From Chlamydiia bacterium (GTDB taxonomy: Bacteria > Chlamydiota > Chlamydiia > Chlamydiales > FEN-1388): 45,711 nt of DNA. The DNA is taken from contig CAINFV010000089.1 of NCBI GenBank assembly GCA_903848235.1, positions 1-45,711 of the forward strand, written 5' to 3'. Shown one piece after another: positions 9,857-19,074 of the stretch. How positions within the stretch are numbered: position 1 is the stretch's first letter; every line of letters starts with the position of its first letter. Both the position numbers and the translations under genes were made by a program. The notes under the pieces were generated by a model. It was not told the DNA's origin. It was given only the letters and a program-made list of their open reading frames with translations, and ran no database searches.

Positions 9857-10016
9857 CTGGACTTTAGCATTTTTTGGGCCCGATTTCGCATTCGTTCTCT
9901 CTTTAGACGATTGCATTTATCATAGATGGCCTAACCAGGACGATCTATGATAAATGCAATCGTCTAAAGAGAGAACGCTCTGCGAACTCGGGTGCCCAAA
10001 AAATGCTAAAGTCCAG
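9857..10016. repeat. Palindromic element family A, full-length copy (160 bp)
   Basis: Perfect 23-bp outer stem (9857-9879/9994-10016) and perfect 35-bp inner stem (9893-9927/9943-9977); homologs at 21533 and 45110. Confidence 0.92.
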
Positions 10017-10058
10017 GTTAAGTTTTTTTTACTGTTTAAAGAATATCGAGGTGACACT

Positions 10059-11012
10059 ATGACATGCACTGCTATTTCAGAGGCTTCCAGGGGTACCGTA
10101 CTTAGCTTGGATGTCCCTGTAGAATGTATTTCCGCAGCTCCGGAGCTTGTAGGTCGTGATAAACCTGTAGAGGTAGCTCGCGCTGCGCTTGCGGCTGCGG
10201 TGGATGCTGGGCACACTGCGTCGCATGCACACAAACCAATAAAAGCCAGTGTTCATCACACGGCGGATACTGCCCAAAAATCCAAAGAAGCGACTGTTTC
10301 TGTGGCGCAGGACGTGCAAGCCTATTTTAAGGCGAGAAAAGAAAAGATGGTACAGAGACTGGAGGCATGGAAAAAGGATTACGATCCGGCTCCAGGGTTT
10401 CCCTATTCCTGGCTCCCGAATATGAGCAAGATTGTACATATAGAATCTTTTGACGTTTTAGAGGCATTTGTGGCAGGGGTATCCCATGCTACGACACGGG
10501 AAAAAATTGATAGTATCCTCAAAAAGAACGTACAAATCATGAAGGACAGCATGTTCTGCATGAATGCGGCCACAGTAGCCAAGATGACTGAGGGGTGTAA
10601 GATTATTGAACACGAACGCAAAATGCTCGGCTGTCCCGAAAGAGCTCCTAAAAAGCCCGAAGAGAAAAAACCCCGGGTGGTTGCCCTTGATGACCCGTTG
10701 TTTTCTCAAAAATCGCGGCTGATGAAAAAACTCGAAGAGTGGCGGAAGGATTTTGATCCACAACCTCAATGTCTGCTTGCCTGTTTACCGGGGATTGTCG
10801 ATAGCCTTTCAACGAAAGCAAAAAGATTATTCGATGGCTTATACAAGGGCGTCGTCAAAGTTGAAAAAGAGAAGTTTACGAAATTTCTCGAATCACACCG
10901 AGATCTGATACTCAGTTACAGCAGTTTTGTTAATTCTTTGACAGCAGCAAAGCTCGCTGCCGTGTGTGAGATACTTAGCCTCGAAATCGATGAAGCGAAA
11001 GCACGAGCATAG
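10059..11012 (+). CDS. Hypothetical protein with two copies of the WKKD(F/Y)xP domain; paralog of 8610-9479
   Basis: GAGGTG RBS before ATG 10059 (longer ORF start 9954 lies inside the palindrome); AWKKDYDPAP and EWRKDFDPQP 124 aa apart. Confidence 0.7.
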   Translation: MTCTAISEASRGTVLSLDVPVECISAAPELVGRDKPVEVARAALAAAVDAGHTASHAHKPIKASVHHTADTAQKSKEATVSVAQDVQAYFKARKEKMVQRLEAWKKDYDPAPGFPYSWLPNMSKIVHIESFDVLEAFVAGVSHATTREKIDSILKKNVQIMKDSMFCMNAATVAKMTEGCKIIEHERKMLGCPERAPKKPEEKKPRVVALDDPLFSQKSRLMKKLEEWRKDFDPQPQCLLACLPGIVDSLSTKAKRLFDGLYKGVVKVEKEKFTKFLESHRDLILSYSSFVNSLTAAKLAAVCEILSLEIDEAKARA

Positions 11013-11034
11013 TAAGAGGTAGTCCCTTCTTTTT

Positions 11035-11068
11035 TGTCTTCAGCTTCTTGTGGTAGAAGCTGAAGACA
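11035..11068. terminator. Hairpin between convergent genes (probable terminator)
   Basis: TGTCTTCAGCTTCT / AGAAGCTGAAGACA perfect 14-bp stem. Confidence 0.6.
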
Positions 11069-11073
11069 TGTGA

Positions 11074-12384
11074 TTACGCATCCTCCCACTTTTTTCTGTT
11101 TAGCCGTTCTTGTTGAAGTCGTTGTTGTAGAGCAACGGAGTCAACAGGTTGGGAAAATTGATCAATGATGGATCCATCATACTTGATAGCGGTTACTTCG
11201 CGTTCCGTTGCTGATAGGGTGATTTTGCAGAATTGCCGTGCGCTCATCGTTTTATCCAGATACATCGTCCGGCTGGGTTTTTTCGGAATCCTGGGTTTGA
11301 CACCCCAAGATCCATTCCCGATATAGACGACGCCCAGAGGATCAGTACGATCTGAGGTGAGAGGAAAGGTGCGTTTATAGGCATGGTCATGGTTTTCAAA
11401 GGCAATGTGGAGCCGATAGGTGTCAAAAATAGGAACGAAGTTGCGCCGTATGGCGCTGCTGTAGGTATTTCGATATGGCCTGACATCGGGGTAGGCAGGG
11501 ACGTGGTAGACAGCAATCCGATTCAGCATCTTGGAGTCTTTTGACATCTCCTGGGCGAGCCATTGGGATTGTTCCCCGCCTGTTGGATGGGTATGCCCTG
11601 AGTCGAGGAGATAGAGGGAGAGGTAGGTGCCAAAGCGGAGTGTGGTATATCCTCTCTCTCCTGGACTTGCAAAAAGGTGGTAGAAGAAGGGAGCCTGTTC
11701 TGGCGTCTGCCCATAGCCTCCTTTTACCTCATGGTTTCCGATGGTAACGAGAAGGGGGATGATTCGTCCGTCCTTGGTTTTCATCTGTTGATACCAGTGT
11801 TCGAGCCATTCGAGCCAGCGATTGCAGTCTTCTTTTTTCTTTGGATTGTTCGAGGCAGCGCAGGCAAGGTCACCTCCAATGACAACAAAAGCTGGGTTTT
11901 GACTTGCTGCTTGCTGGTTTGTTTCGTCAAAGATATGAAGATTCGAGAGGTTGGTATCCCCTCCTATGATAAAGCTGATAGGACTGTCGAGAGCCTTTGG
12001 CATGGTCAAAAAGAGATGTTCTTCAGAATATCCATCAATGGTAAATCGGTATGTTGTGTCAGGCAACAGACCCATAATTGATGCTTTGTGGACATAATAT
12101 GGCTGCTCTTCGGGGAAGGGATTGTGCGCCGCTTGCGCTGATTCCAAAGGCGCTTCTGGTTGGTCTTTGCGATAGTGAACAAAGGCAGCTTCTTCAGGCG
12201 CACCCGAGATCCACTGGACGACCATGGTTGTCGATGGGTCTGCTACCCAGGTGAGATAAATGGAGAGGGGGGCTTGGGGAGATATGATCTCTTCGCCAGT
12301 CAGGAGCAGGGGAAGTAGGAAAAGAATAAGAACAATTCTGACGAATGAGTTCGTGATTCTTGTTTTTGTGGTCATAAAGTGCAT
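11074..12384 (-). CDS. Purple acid phosphatase-like metallophosphoesterase (FN3-like N-domain + calcineurin-like domain), exported
   Basis: GGD, GGDL, GNHE, YH, NHDH metal motifs; hydrophobic leader; GLLPDTTYRF. Confidence 0.85.
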   Translation of the reverse strand: MHFMTTKTRITNSFVRIVLILFLLPLLLTGEEIISPQAPLSIYLTWVADPSTTMVVQWISGAPEEAAFVHYRKDQPEAPLESAQAAHNPFPEEQPYYVHKASIMGLLPDTTYRFTIDGYSEEHLFLTMPKALDSPISFIIGGDTNLSNLHIFDETNQQAASQNPAFVVIGGDLACAASNNPKKKEDCNRWLEWLEHWYQQMKTKDGRIIPLLVTIGNHEVKGGYGQTPEQAPFFYHLFASPGERGYTTLRFGTYLSLYLLDSGHTHPTGGEQSQWLAQEMSKDSKMLNRIAVYHVPAYPDVRPYRNTYSSAIRRNFVPIFDTYRLHIAFENHDHAYKRTFPLTSDRTDPLGVVYIGNGSWGVKPRIPKKPSRTMYLDKTMSARQFCKITLSATEREVTAIKYDGSIIDQFSQPVDSVALQQRLQQERLNRKKWEDA

Positions 12385-12395
12385 GACTTTTGTTT

Positions 12396-13220
12396 TTATC
12401 TCGACGATCGTAACAATTGATAATATTCCTGGAATAAGTCTACTACTTCGCTCGGATTCTCTATCCAGGGAAAATGACCGCCATTGGAGATTGTCCTCAT
12501 TACGATGTTTACATGATGGAAGCTCTCCGATTCAATGAATAATTTTAATGGAGTTATTCGGTCATGTTCTCCGGCGAATATCAGCGTAGGGAAGGAATGA
12601 GGAATCCACTTCGCTTTGTATGTGCTGTCAAAGTGTTGATCTGACCATTCACAAGCTCGAAAGTTATATGGAAGATCTTCTAAAAATGAGAATTGTTTTC
12701 TTCCGTTTTCTTGATTTGAAAGATAAGGAACTGAAGCCAGTGTGACACATTTTAGTCGTTCGTTGCTGGGGGCTTCTGAGTACGCCTTTTGCAGTTGCGT
12801 AAGGTTCGGAAGAGGGTTTTTTTGGGTAAACTGCAAAAATTGTTCCTGCCATCTCATGTCAGGGGCAGAATCCATCAGTACTAGGCCTACAAGGGCCTTC
12901 TGTAATTCTGGGGTGGCTAAGGCATACATCCCCCCCGTTGAATGGGCTACTAAAATGACATTCTCAAAAGCGTGGACAGCCTCTATCAACGCTTCTTGCC
13001 ATGAAGAAAATGGCTGGTTGACCTGAACATTAGAACCATCTCCAGGTAAATCTAAATGCCATATCGTTCCAGGCAGCACTAACAACCGGGTGAGAGGAAG
13101 TAATGATTCAGATCCAAGTCCTGGACCTCCAGGGAGAAAAACCCAATTCAGGGTGTCTTCAGGTGTTGACCGGATGTATTGCAGGCGTGCATGTCCATGT
13201 GTCCATAAGGAACTTGTCAA
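12396..13220 (-). CDS. Alpha/beta-fold hydrolase
   Basis: PGGPG, DLPGDG, AHSTGG nucleophile elbow, GEHD, GHFPW; start overlaps htpG stop. Confidence 0.85.
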   Translation of the reverse strand: MTSSLWTHGHARLQYIRSTPEDTLNWVFLPGGPGLGSESLLPLTRLLVLPGTIWHLDLPGDGSNVQVNQPFSSWQEALIEAVHAFENVILVAHSTGGMYALATPELQKALVGLVLMDSAPDMRWQEQFLQFTQKNPLPNLTQLQKAYSEAPSNERLKCVTLASVPYLSNQENGRKQFSFLEDLPYNFRACEWSDQHFDSTYKAKWIPHSFPTLIFAGEHDRITPLKLFIESESFHHVNIVMRTISNGGHFPWIENPSEVVDLFQEYYQLLRSSR

Positions 13221-15055
13221 ACCGTTTTCTCAGGTCCTTTGTCTTCTGTTCTTGCAGTAGCGCAAACCAGCTCTTCTACTACCCTCGTTGATCTGTCCGT
13301 GAAAGCCTGTAGCTCATCATGGGACATCTCTTTGTGTGAGAGCCGTGTGACATCCCAGATATAGAGTGCCACGTCATGAGCCAGCTTTGGGTGGGTGGTG
13401 TGTACCTTGTACAGCGCTTGTACAAGAGGACTATTGGTGTTAATGATTAAGCTTGCTTTGGGTTTGAGAGCATGTGGTTGACCAGAAACACGTGTCATAT
13501 AATCTCGAAAACGGCGCTCTTCTTCTGCTAATGTCATCACGGCAGGGAGGGACTGAATATCAAGGCTCTTCGCATCGATGGTCAGCGATTGATCTCCAAT
13601 AGCGGTTCTAAAAAAGTCCGCGATCTTTGCACCTTCAGTGCGGCCGGAGGCATCGAGAACGGTTTTTTCTTTTGAGGCATCAAGCAATGTGGTGTCTAAC
13701 GTGGCGTCTACTCGTCGGAAATCGATTCCCTCTTCGCGCTCTAGTTTTGTCATCAAGGGGTGGTCGATAGGAGAAGTTAAGACAGCAACGTCAATGCCTT
13801 TTGACGTATATGCAGTGACGAGTGATGAGCGCTCTTGCCCCCCTTCGCAGTAGACGATAGTTTTCTTTCCCTCTTTTTCCTGAAGGAGTTCTTCTGTTGT
13901 CTTCCAGTGAGAGGATGCCGTTTTCCAGATGAGGAGGCTGTTAGCACGTTCATAGAATTTCTGATCTTGGAGCATCCCAAATTTTACCACGAGCTCATAG
14001 GCATCCCAACATGCTTCAAAACGGGGCCTATCATTTTTGAAGAGTGCAGAGAGGGCATCTGCGACTTTCTTTGAGATGTGCTGTGCTAACTGCCGAACTG
14101 TTGAGTCTACTTGCAGATGGCTTCTGGATACGTTTAGCGGGATGTCAGGGCTATCGAGGACACCTCGAAGGAGGACAAGATATTCAGGGAGGATGTCTTT
14201 GGCATTGTCGGAGACAAACACTCTGTTGCAGAAGAGTTTGACATGATCTTTCGAGAGCTCGATCTCTTTGCGAATTCGTGGGAAATAGAGCAACCCTTGC
14301 ACGTGGAAGGGATAGTCGACGTTGATATGAACCCAGAAAAGAGGCGGCTCTTCGAACGGGTAGAGCGTTGTATAAAAGCTTTTATAGTCAGCGTCAGTGC
14401 ATTCGGAGGGTCTTTTTTGCCAAAGTGCATGATGCGTGTTAATTTTCTTACCGTGGAGGTACACAGCGGTGGGGAAGAATGCGCAAAACCGTTGGAGGAT
14501 TGTGCTAAGGGTAGACTCTTCTAAGTACTCTTCTTGGTCGGGGCTGAGGTGAAGGATGATATCTGTCCCTACTTCTTCTCGCTGCCCCTCATCAATGGTA
14601 TATGACGTAGAGCCATCGGATTTCCAGATGATGGCCTTCTTGTTGGGCTTATATGATCTGGAGAGTACTTCCACATGATCTGCTACCATGAATACCGAGA
14701 AGAACCCTAATCCGAAGTGACCGATAAAGGTGTCATTTAGCTGATAGGTTTTAATGAATTCCTCAGCACCTGAAAAGGCGATTTGAGCAAGGAAGGTCTC
14801 TGCCTCTTCTTCGTCAAGTCCAAGGCCTGTGTCAGAGAAAGTGAGTGTTTTCTTCTCTTTGTCGATGGAGATATCGATTCTGGGTTCATGAGGAGCGGAA
14901 GCTTCTCCCTTCGCGTGGAGGATGCTCAGTTTCTGAATGGCATCGGCGGCATTTGAGACAAGTTCTCGAACGAAGATGTCTTTTTCTGAGTACAGCCACT
15001 TTTTGATGATGGGCAGAATATTTTCGCTATGAATGCTTAAGTTACCATTTCGCAT
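13217..15055 (-). CDS. htpG: Molecular chaperone HtpG (Hsp90)
   Basis: LYSEKDIFVRELVSNAADA, DTGLG, IGHFGLGFFS, DIPLNVSRS. Confidence 0.96.
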   Translation of the reverse strand: MRNGNLSIHSENILPIIKKWLYSEKDIFVRELVSNAADAIQKLSILHAKGEASAPHEPRIDISIDKEKKTLTFSDTGLGLDEEEAETFLAQIAFSGAEEFIKTYQLNDTFIGHFGLGFFSVFMVADHVEVLSRSYKPNKKAIIWKSDGSTSYTIDEGQREEVGTDIILHLSPDQEEYLEESTLSTILQRFCAFFPTAVYLHGKKINTHHALWQKRPSECTDADYKSFYTTLYPFEEPPLFWVHINVDYPFHVQGLLYFPRIRKEIELSKDHVKLFCNRVFVSDNAKDILPEYLVLLRGVLDSPDIPLNVSRSHLQVDSTVRQLAQHISKKVADALSALFKNDRPRFEACWDAYELVVKFGMLQDQKFYERANSLLIWKTASSHWKTTEELLQEKEGKKTIVYCEGGQERSSLVTAYTSKGIDVAVLTSPIDHPLMTKLEREEGIDFRRVDATLDTTLLDASKEKTVLDASGRTEGAKIADFFRTAIGDQSLTIDAKSLDIQSLPAVMTLAEEERRFRDYMTRVSGQPHALKPKASLIINTNSPLVQALYKVHTTHPKLAHDVALYIWDVTRLSHKEMSHDELQAFTDRSTRVVEELVCATARTEDKGPEKTV

Positions 15056-15093
15056 AACAATACCGTTCCTTCAAAAATAAAAAGATGAATAAA

Positions 15094-15122
15094 AGTATCG
15101 CTTTTTTCTGCGCGGATGTCAA
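15094..15122 (-). promoter_or_regulatory. Sigma70-type promoter of htpG
   Basis: Minus strand TTGACA-N17-GATACT, about 40 bp upstream of ATG 15055. Confidence 0.6.
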
Positions 15123-15221
15123 TTAGCTATGCTGGTCTCCTCGTGTATGTGAAGAGAGATTGAAGATAACTCTATGTGGCTGTATACAGAGAAAATGAGA
15201 AAGAACTCTCAATAAGAAGAG

Positions 15222-16517
15222 GTGAGAACAGTGGAACATATCGACTGGATCACGATGTCCTATGCGATTATTGCCTTTCTCCTGATTGGCGTTGGTCTTT
15301 CATGGATTATTTTGATCACCCATTCTTTTTTTGCCCCGCATGGCTCCTGTGTTATCGATATAAATGCAGATCCTGAGCTGACGAAGAATGTTGAGGCTGG
15401 CGTGACGTTGCTTCATGCTCTGACAAAAGAAGGAATTGCCATACCATGTCCGTGTGGCGGTCGTGCTACATGCCACCAATGTCGATTGCAGGTTGTCGAA
15501 CGTGCTGATCCGCCTTTAGATACTGATGTTGCTGCCTTTACCAGGCATCAGCTGAAAGATGGCTGGAGATTGTCATGTCAGGTGAGGCTGAGTCATGATC
15601 TTGGAGTGAAAATACCAGAGCATCTGTTGAAAGTTAGGGAGTTGACGGCCACGGTGATCTCGAACAAAAACGTGGCAACGTTTATCAAAGAGTTAGTTGT
15701 CCATCTTTCGCCAGGAGAGAGAATCGACTATCGGCCTGGTGGCTACTTACAGATTCGCATTCCTCCATACATGACGAATACCGATGATTGGAAGTCATCT
15801 ATTGACCCACAGTTTTGGCCGGACTGGGAACGGTATGGGATGTTTGGCAAAAAGCTGAATTGTATAGGCCATCCTGAGGAGCCGCGCGCCTATTCGCTCG
15901 CTTCGTATCCTGCCGAGGGTGAGAAATTGATGTTTAATATCCGCATTGCAACATCTCCATTAGAGGGAGGAAGGGTCTCTACGACGGTTCCTTGGGGATT
16001 TGGATCTTCATATCTTTTCTCTCTTAAGCCTGGTGACACCATTCGCGTGACTGGCCCTTATGGGGAGTCGTTTATGAAAGAGGGGACGAACGACGTTTAC
16101 TTTCTTATTGGCGGGGCTGGGTCGTCTTTTGGAAGAAGCCATATCTTGGACCTATGCCGTACCAAACAGACAAAGAGAAATGTGGCGATGTGGTACGGAG
16201 CGCGCTCTTTGCGGGAAAATATCTATCAACAAGACTATGAAGACCTCGTCAAAACATGTCCGAACTTCTCATATAACCTTGTCCTGTCAGAGCCGACGCC
16301 GGAAGACATTCAGCTTGGGTGGCCAGCGAAGGACCCTCTCAAAACAGCCTTTTTATTCAAGGCGTTTGAAGCAGGAGCGTTGAAAAAAATGCGAGCTCCT
16401 GAGGAAAACCTCTATTATGTATGCGGACCGCCTATGCATAACAGAAGTGTGATGAAACTTCTCGACGACTATGGTGTTCCGAGAGAGAATATAGTGCTCG
16501 ATGATTTTGGCAATTGA
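15222..16517 (+). CDS. nqrF: Na(+)-translocating NADH:quinone oxidoreductase subunit F
   Basis: N-terminal TM helix, CGGRATCHQC...RLSCQV 2Fe-2S motif, NVATFIKEL, RAYSLASYP, GGAG, YVCGPP, LDDFG. Confidence 0.95.
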   Translation: MRTVEHIDWITMSYAIIAFLLIGVGLSWIILITHSFFAPHGSCVIDINADPELTKNVEAGVTLLHALTKEGIAIPCPCGGRATCHQCRLQVVERADPPLDTDVAAFTRHQLKDGWRLSCQVRLSHDLGVKIPEHLLKVRELTATVISNKNVATFIKELVVHLSPGERIDYRPGGYLQIRIPPYMTNTDDWKSSIDPQFWPDWERYGMFGKKLNCIGHPEEPRAYSLASYPAEGEKLMFNIRIATSPLEGGRVSTTVPWGFGSSYLFSLKPGDTIRVTGPYGESFMKEGTNDVYFLIGGAGSSFGRSHILDLCRTKQTKRNVAMWYGARSLRENIYQQDYEDLVKTCPNFSYNLVLSEPTPEDIQLGWPAKDPLKTAFLFKAFEAGALKKMRAPEENLYYVCGPPMHNRSVMKLLDDYGVPRENIVLDDFGN

Positions 16518-16532
16518 AATTACGCGGTCATA

Positions 16533-17540
16533 ATGCACACATATTCTAGACTTTTAGTGCCTTTTATCACGTCTATTGCACGAGAGTGCGACGTGAGAGC
16601 CCTTGATGCTGCAGCTTTGAGGATACATCAGAAATATACAGGAAGTTCTGTTCGCCCGTTAGAAGGTATGGCAGAGCATGTTGCCTATGTGGCCTGCCGT
16701 ATGCCGGCGACGTTTGCCGCGACCCTTCAAGCGCTGAACCATCTCAAACAGGTGATCCCAACATTTGCTCCAGCATCTGTTCTTGATATTGGAACAGGTC
16801 CTGGCACTGCTCTTTACAGCTCGATGTTGACCTTCCCTACCATAGGAAGAGGACTTGGCGTAGAACGTAGCGCTGAGTTTTGTGCTCTATCAGAGCAGCT
16901 GTTTGCATCTATTCCATCCATGGCCTCGTCATGCAGTGTTATCAGGGGCGACCTAGAACGAGCAGGGAATGTCGAGGGCTCGTTTGACCTGATGACTTCT
17001 GCCTATGTATTAGGGGAGCTCTCAGAGAAGTCTCAGGATCGGTGGTTAGCTTTTGCCAAAGAGCGATCGAAGGTGCTGGTATTAGTAGAGCCGGGGACCC
17101 CAGCAGGCTGGCAGTGTCTTATGCGATGCCGGGATATTCTCCTCTCGCAATGAGCCGCCATTCTCGCCCCCTGTCCGCATAGTAAGCCGTGCCCTTTTGT
17201 TGGAACTGATGTGTGGTGTCATGAAGCAGTACGACTGCCGCGGACAGCGCTTCATCGAAGACTTAAAGGGGGGCAGTTGGGATATGAAGATGAAAAGCTG
17301 TCGTACCTAGCTGTGACGTTTGACCCGTTATTGCCGAAAGTGGTGCCTCCCTGCCGTATTGTCCATGCCCCCCGCAATCGCCATGGGCATACGCATCTGG
17401 TCTTGTGTACGTTTCGCGGGTGTTTGGAGCCAACGATTATCTCTCGCAAGTACAAAGAACTGTATCGTATGGCACGAGAGGCGGAATGGGGAGATTCTCT
17501 CCCAGAGATGAAAGAGAATTGGGTCATTCCACAACAGTAA
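16533..17540 (+). pseudogene. Rsm22-family SAM-dependent methyltransferase interrupted by one in-frame TGA (17151-17153)
   Basis: AYVACRMPATF, LDIGTGPGT, YVLGEL, VEPGTPAG, then LSQ*AAILAPCPH..CP, EDEKLSY continuing in the same frame to TAA 17540. Confidence 0.8.
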
Positions 17541-17555
17541 AGAAAAGGCGTTATA

Positions 17556-19070
17556 GTGAAGCTGTTTTTGGCTCAGATAAATCCTACTGTCGGCGCTGTC
17601 TTCCATAACCTCAATCGCATTCTCCATGCTATTATGGAGGCGAAGACTGCTGGGGCAGATATCATTGTCTTCCCCGAGCTTGCTCTGTCTGGCGCCCCTC
17701 TTAACGACCTGCTGTTTCACCATGATTTCGTCGAGAAATGCGAGCAGGCTCTTCAGAGGATAGCTGTTGCATCTGCTGGCATTACTGTGGTCGTTGGCAG
17801 CCCTGCGACAGATGGAAGATCTGTTTTTGACGCTGCTATTGTCTTTCACAATGGCATAGAGATAGGTCGCCAACATGATGTCTGTTGGGTGTGGGAGGCA
17901 GGTGACAAAAAAATTGCTGTTCTTGTTGGAGAAGGGGAGATAGAAGAAATTTCTGGAAAAGCAGATCTCATCGTCCATCTCGTCGCATCTCCTTGGAGCA
18001 GAGAAGCAGTAGAGGTCAGAGAGCGCTCTGTCAAAGAGCGTGCGAGGAAGTTCCAGCTGCCCTATCTCTTTGTGAACCTCGTTGGTGGCAATGATGGATG
18101 GATTTTTGATGGCAATAGCTTTTTCTGCGATGCCCATGGGTCAATTGTATTTCAAGGGCGGGCCTTTGCAGAAACCATCTGTATGGTCAAGGCGGGAGAA
18201 CATCTGTCGAGGAGAGTCTCGCTGATAGAAGAGGTTCACCAGGCGCTTGTCTTAGGGATTGCAGACTTCTTTAAAAAGCAGGGTGTCAGCGACGCTGTTA
18301 TTGGGCTGTCAGGAGGGATTGACTCTTCTGTCACCGCGACGCTTATGGTAGAAGCTCTCGGCGCCTCGCATGTCCATGGCGTTGCGCTTCCATCCAGGTT
18401 CACCTCTTCAGAGAGTGCTCAAGGTGCTGGCGAGCTTGCCTCTACCCTTGGCATCTGCTTGAAGACGATTCCAATAGAGAGGGTGGTAGAAGCTGCGACT
18501 GAAACGTTGAGAGGTGCCAATGTTTTGGCAGAAGGGGTTACGGCAGAGAATCTCCAGTCCCGTATTCGCGCTCTTCTGCTCATGGCGATCACAAATGCTG
18601 AAGGAAGCCTTCTGATAGGAACTGGCAATAAAAGCGAGGTCTCACTTGGATATACAACACTTTATGGTGACCTTTGCGGGGCACTTCTTCCAATAGGAGA
18701 TCTGTTTAAAATTGAGGTGTATGAACTAGCTCGCCACCTCAATATACACAAAGAGGTCATCCCGTTGAGTATTCTGCAACGGGCTCCTACCGCAGAGCTG
18801 CGCCCCAATCAAAAGGATGCCGATGACCTGCCTGCGTACGAGCTGCTCGATCCTGTGCTTCGATTGCTGGTGTTAGAGGGGCTCTCGCCTCTTGAAGTAA
18901 CCGCCAAGACGGGTATGAATCTGAAGATCGTACAACGATTAGCTGACAAGCTGCTCAAGATGGAGTTCAAACGTCGCCAAGGGCCGTGTATCTTGCGAGT
19001 CTCTTCGAAGGCCTTTGGTACCGACATCCTCTATCCGATAGTCAATCAATACGCGGTATTCCCTTCGTGA
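17556..19070 (+). CDS. nadE: NAD+ synthetase, two-domain type with degenerate glutaminase (nitrilase-fold) domain
   Basis: AQINPTVG, FPEL, GLSGGIDS, ENLQSRIR, TGNKSE, YTTLYGD, PTAELRPNQKD, EFKRRQ. Confidence 0.93.
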   Translation: MKLFLAQINPTVGAVFHNLNRILHAIMEAKTAGADIIVFPELALSGAPLNDLLFHHDFVEKCEQALQRIAVASAGITVVVGSPATDGRSVFDAAIVFHNGIEIGRQHDVCWVWEAGDKKIAVLVGEGEIEEISGKADLIVHLVASPWSREAVEVRERSVKERARKFQLPYLFVNLVGGNDGWIFDGNSFFCDAHGSIVFQGRAFAETICMVKAGEHLSRRVSLIEEVHQALVLGIADFFKKQGVSDAVIGLSGGIDSSVTATLMVEALGASHVHGVALPSRFTSSESAQGAGELASTLGICLKTIPIERVVEAATETLRGANVLAEGVTAENLQSRIRALLLMAITNAEGSLLIGTGNKSEVSLGYTTLYGDLCGALLPIGDLFKIEVYELARHLNIHKEVIPLSILQRAPTAELRPNQKDADDLPAYELLDPVLRLLVLEGLSPLEVTAKTGMNLKIVQRLADKLLKMEFKRRQGPCILRVSSKAFGTDILYPIVNQYAVFPS

Positions 19071-19074
19071 ATTG

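Noticed and set aside
9954-10058. N-terminal extension of the 352-aa ORF
   Set aside because: Derives from the palindromic element; an RBS supports ATG 10059
15056-15221. CIRCE (HrcA) operator upstream of htpG
   Set aside because: No TTAGCACTC-N9-GAGTGCTAA found
15222-16517. Isolated nqrF as an anomaly
   Set aside because: Separation of nqrF from the other nqr genes is usual in chlamydiae
437-17153. Stop-codon reassignment (TGA=Gly or TAA=Tyr)
   Set aside because: TGA ends nqrF, nadE and mfd, and TAA ends alaS and others, at expected positions; the other long genes have no internal stops
17151-17153. Selenocysteine codon
   Set aside because: Position corresponds to an expected Gly, not Cys, and I saw no convincing SECIS-like hairpin
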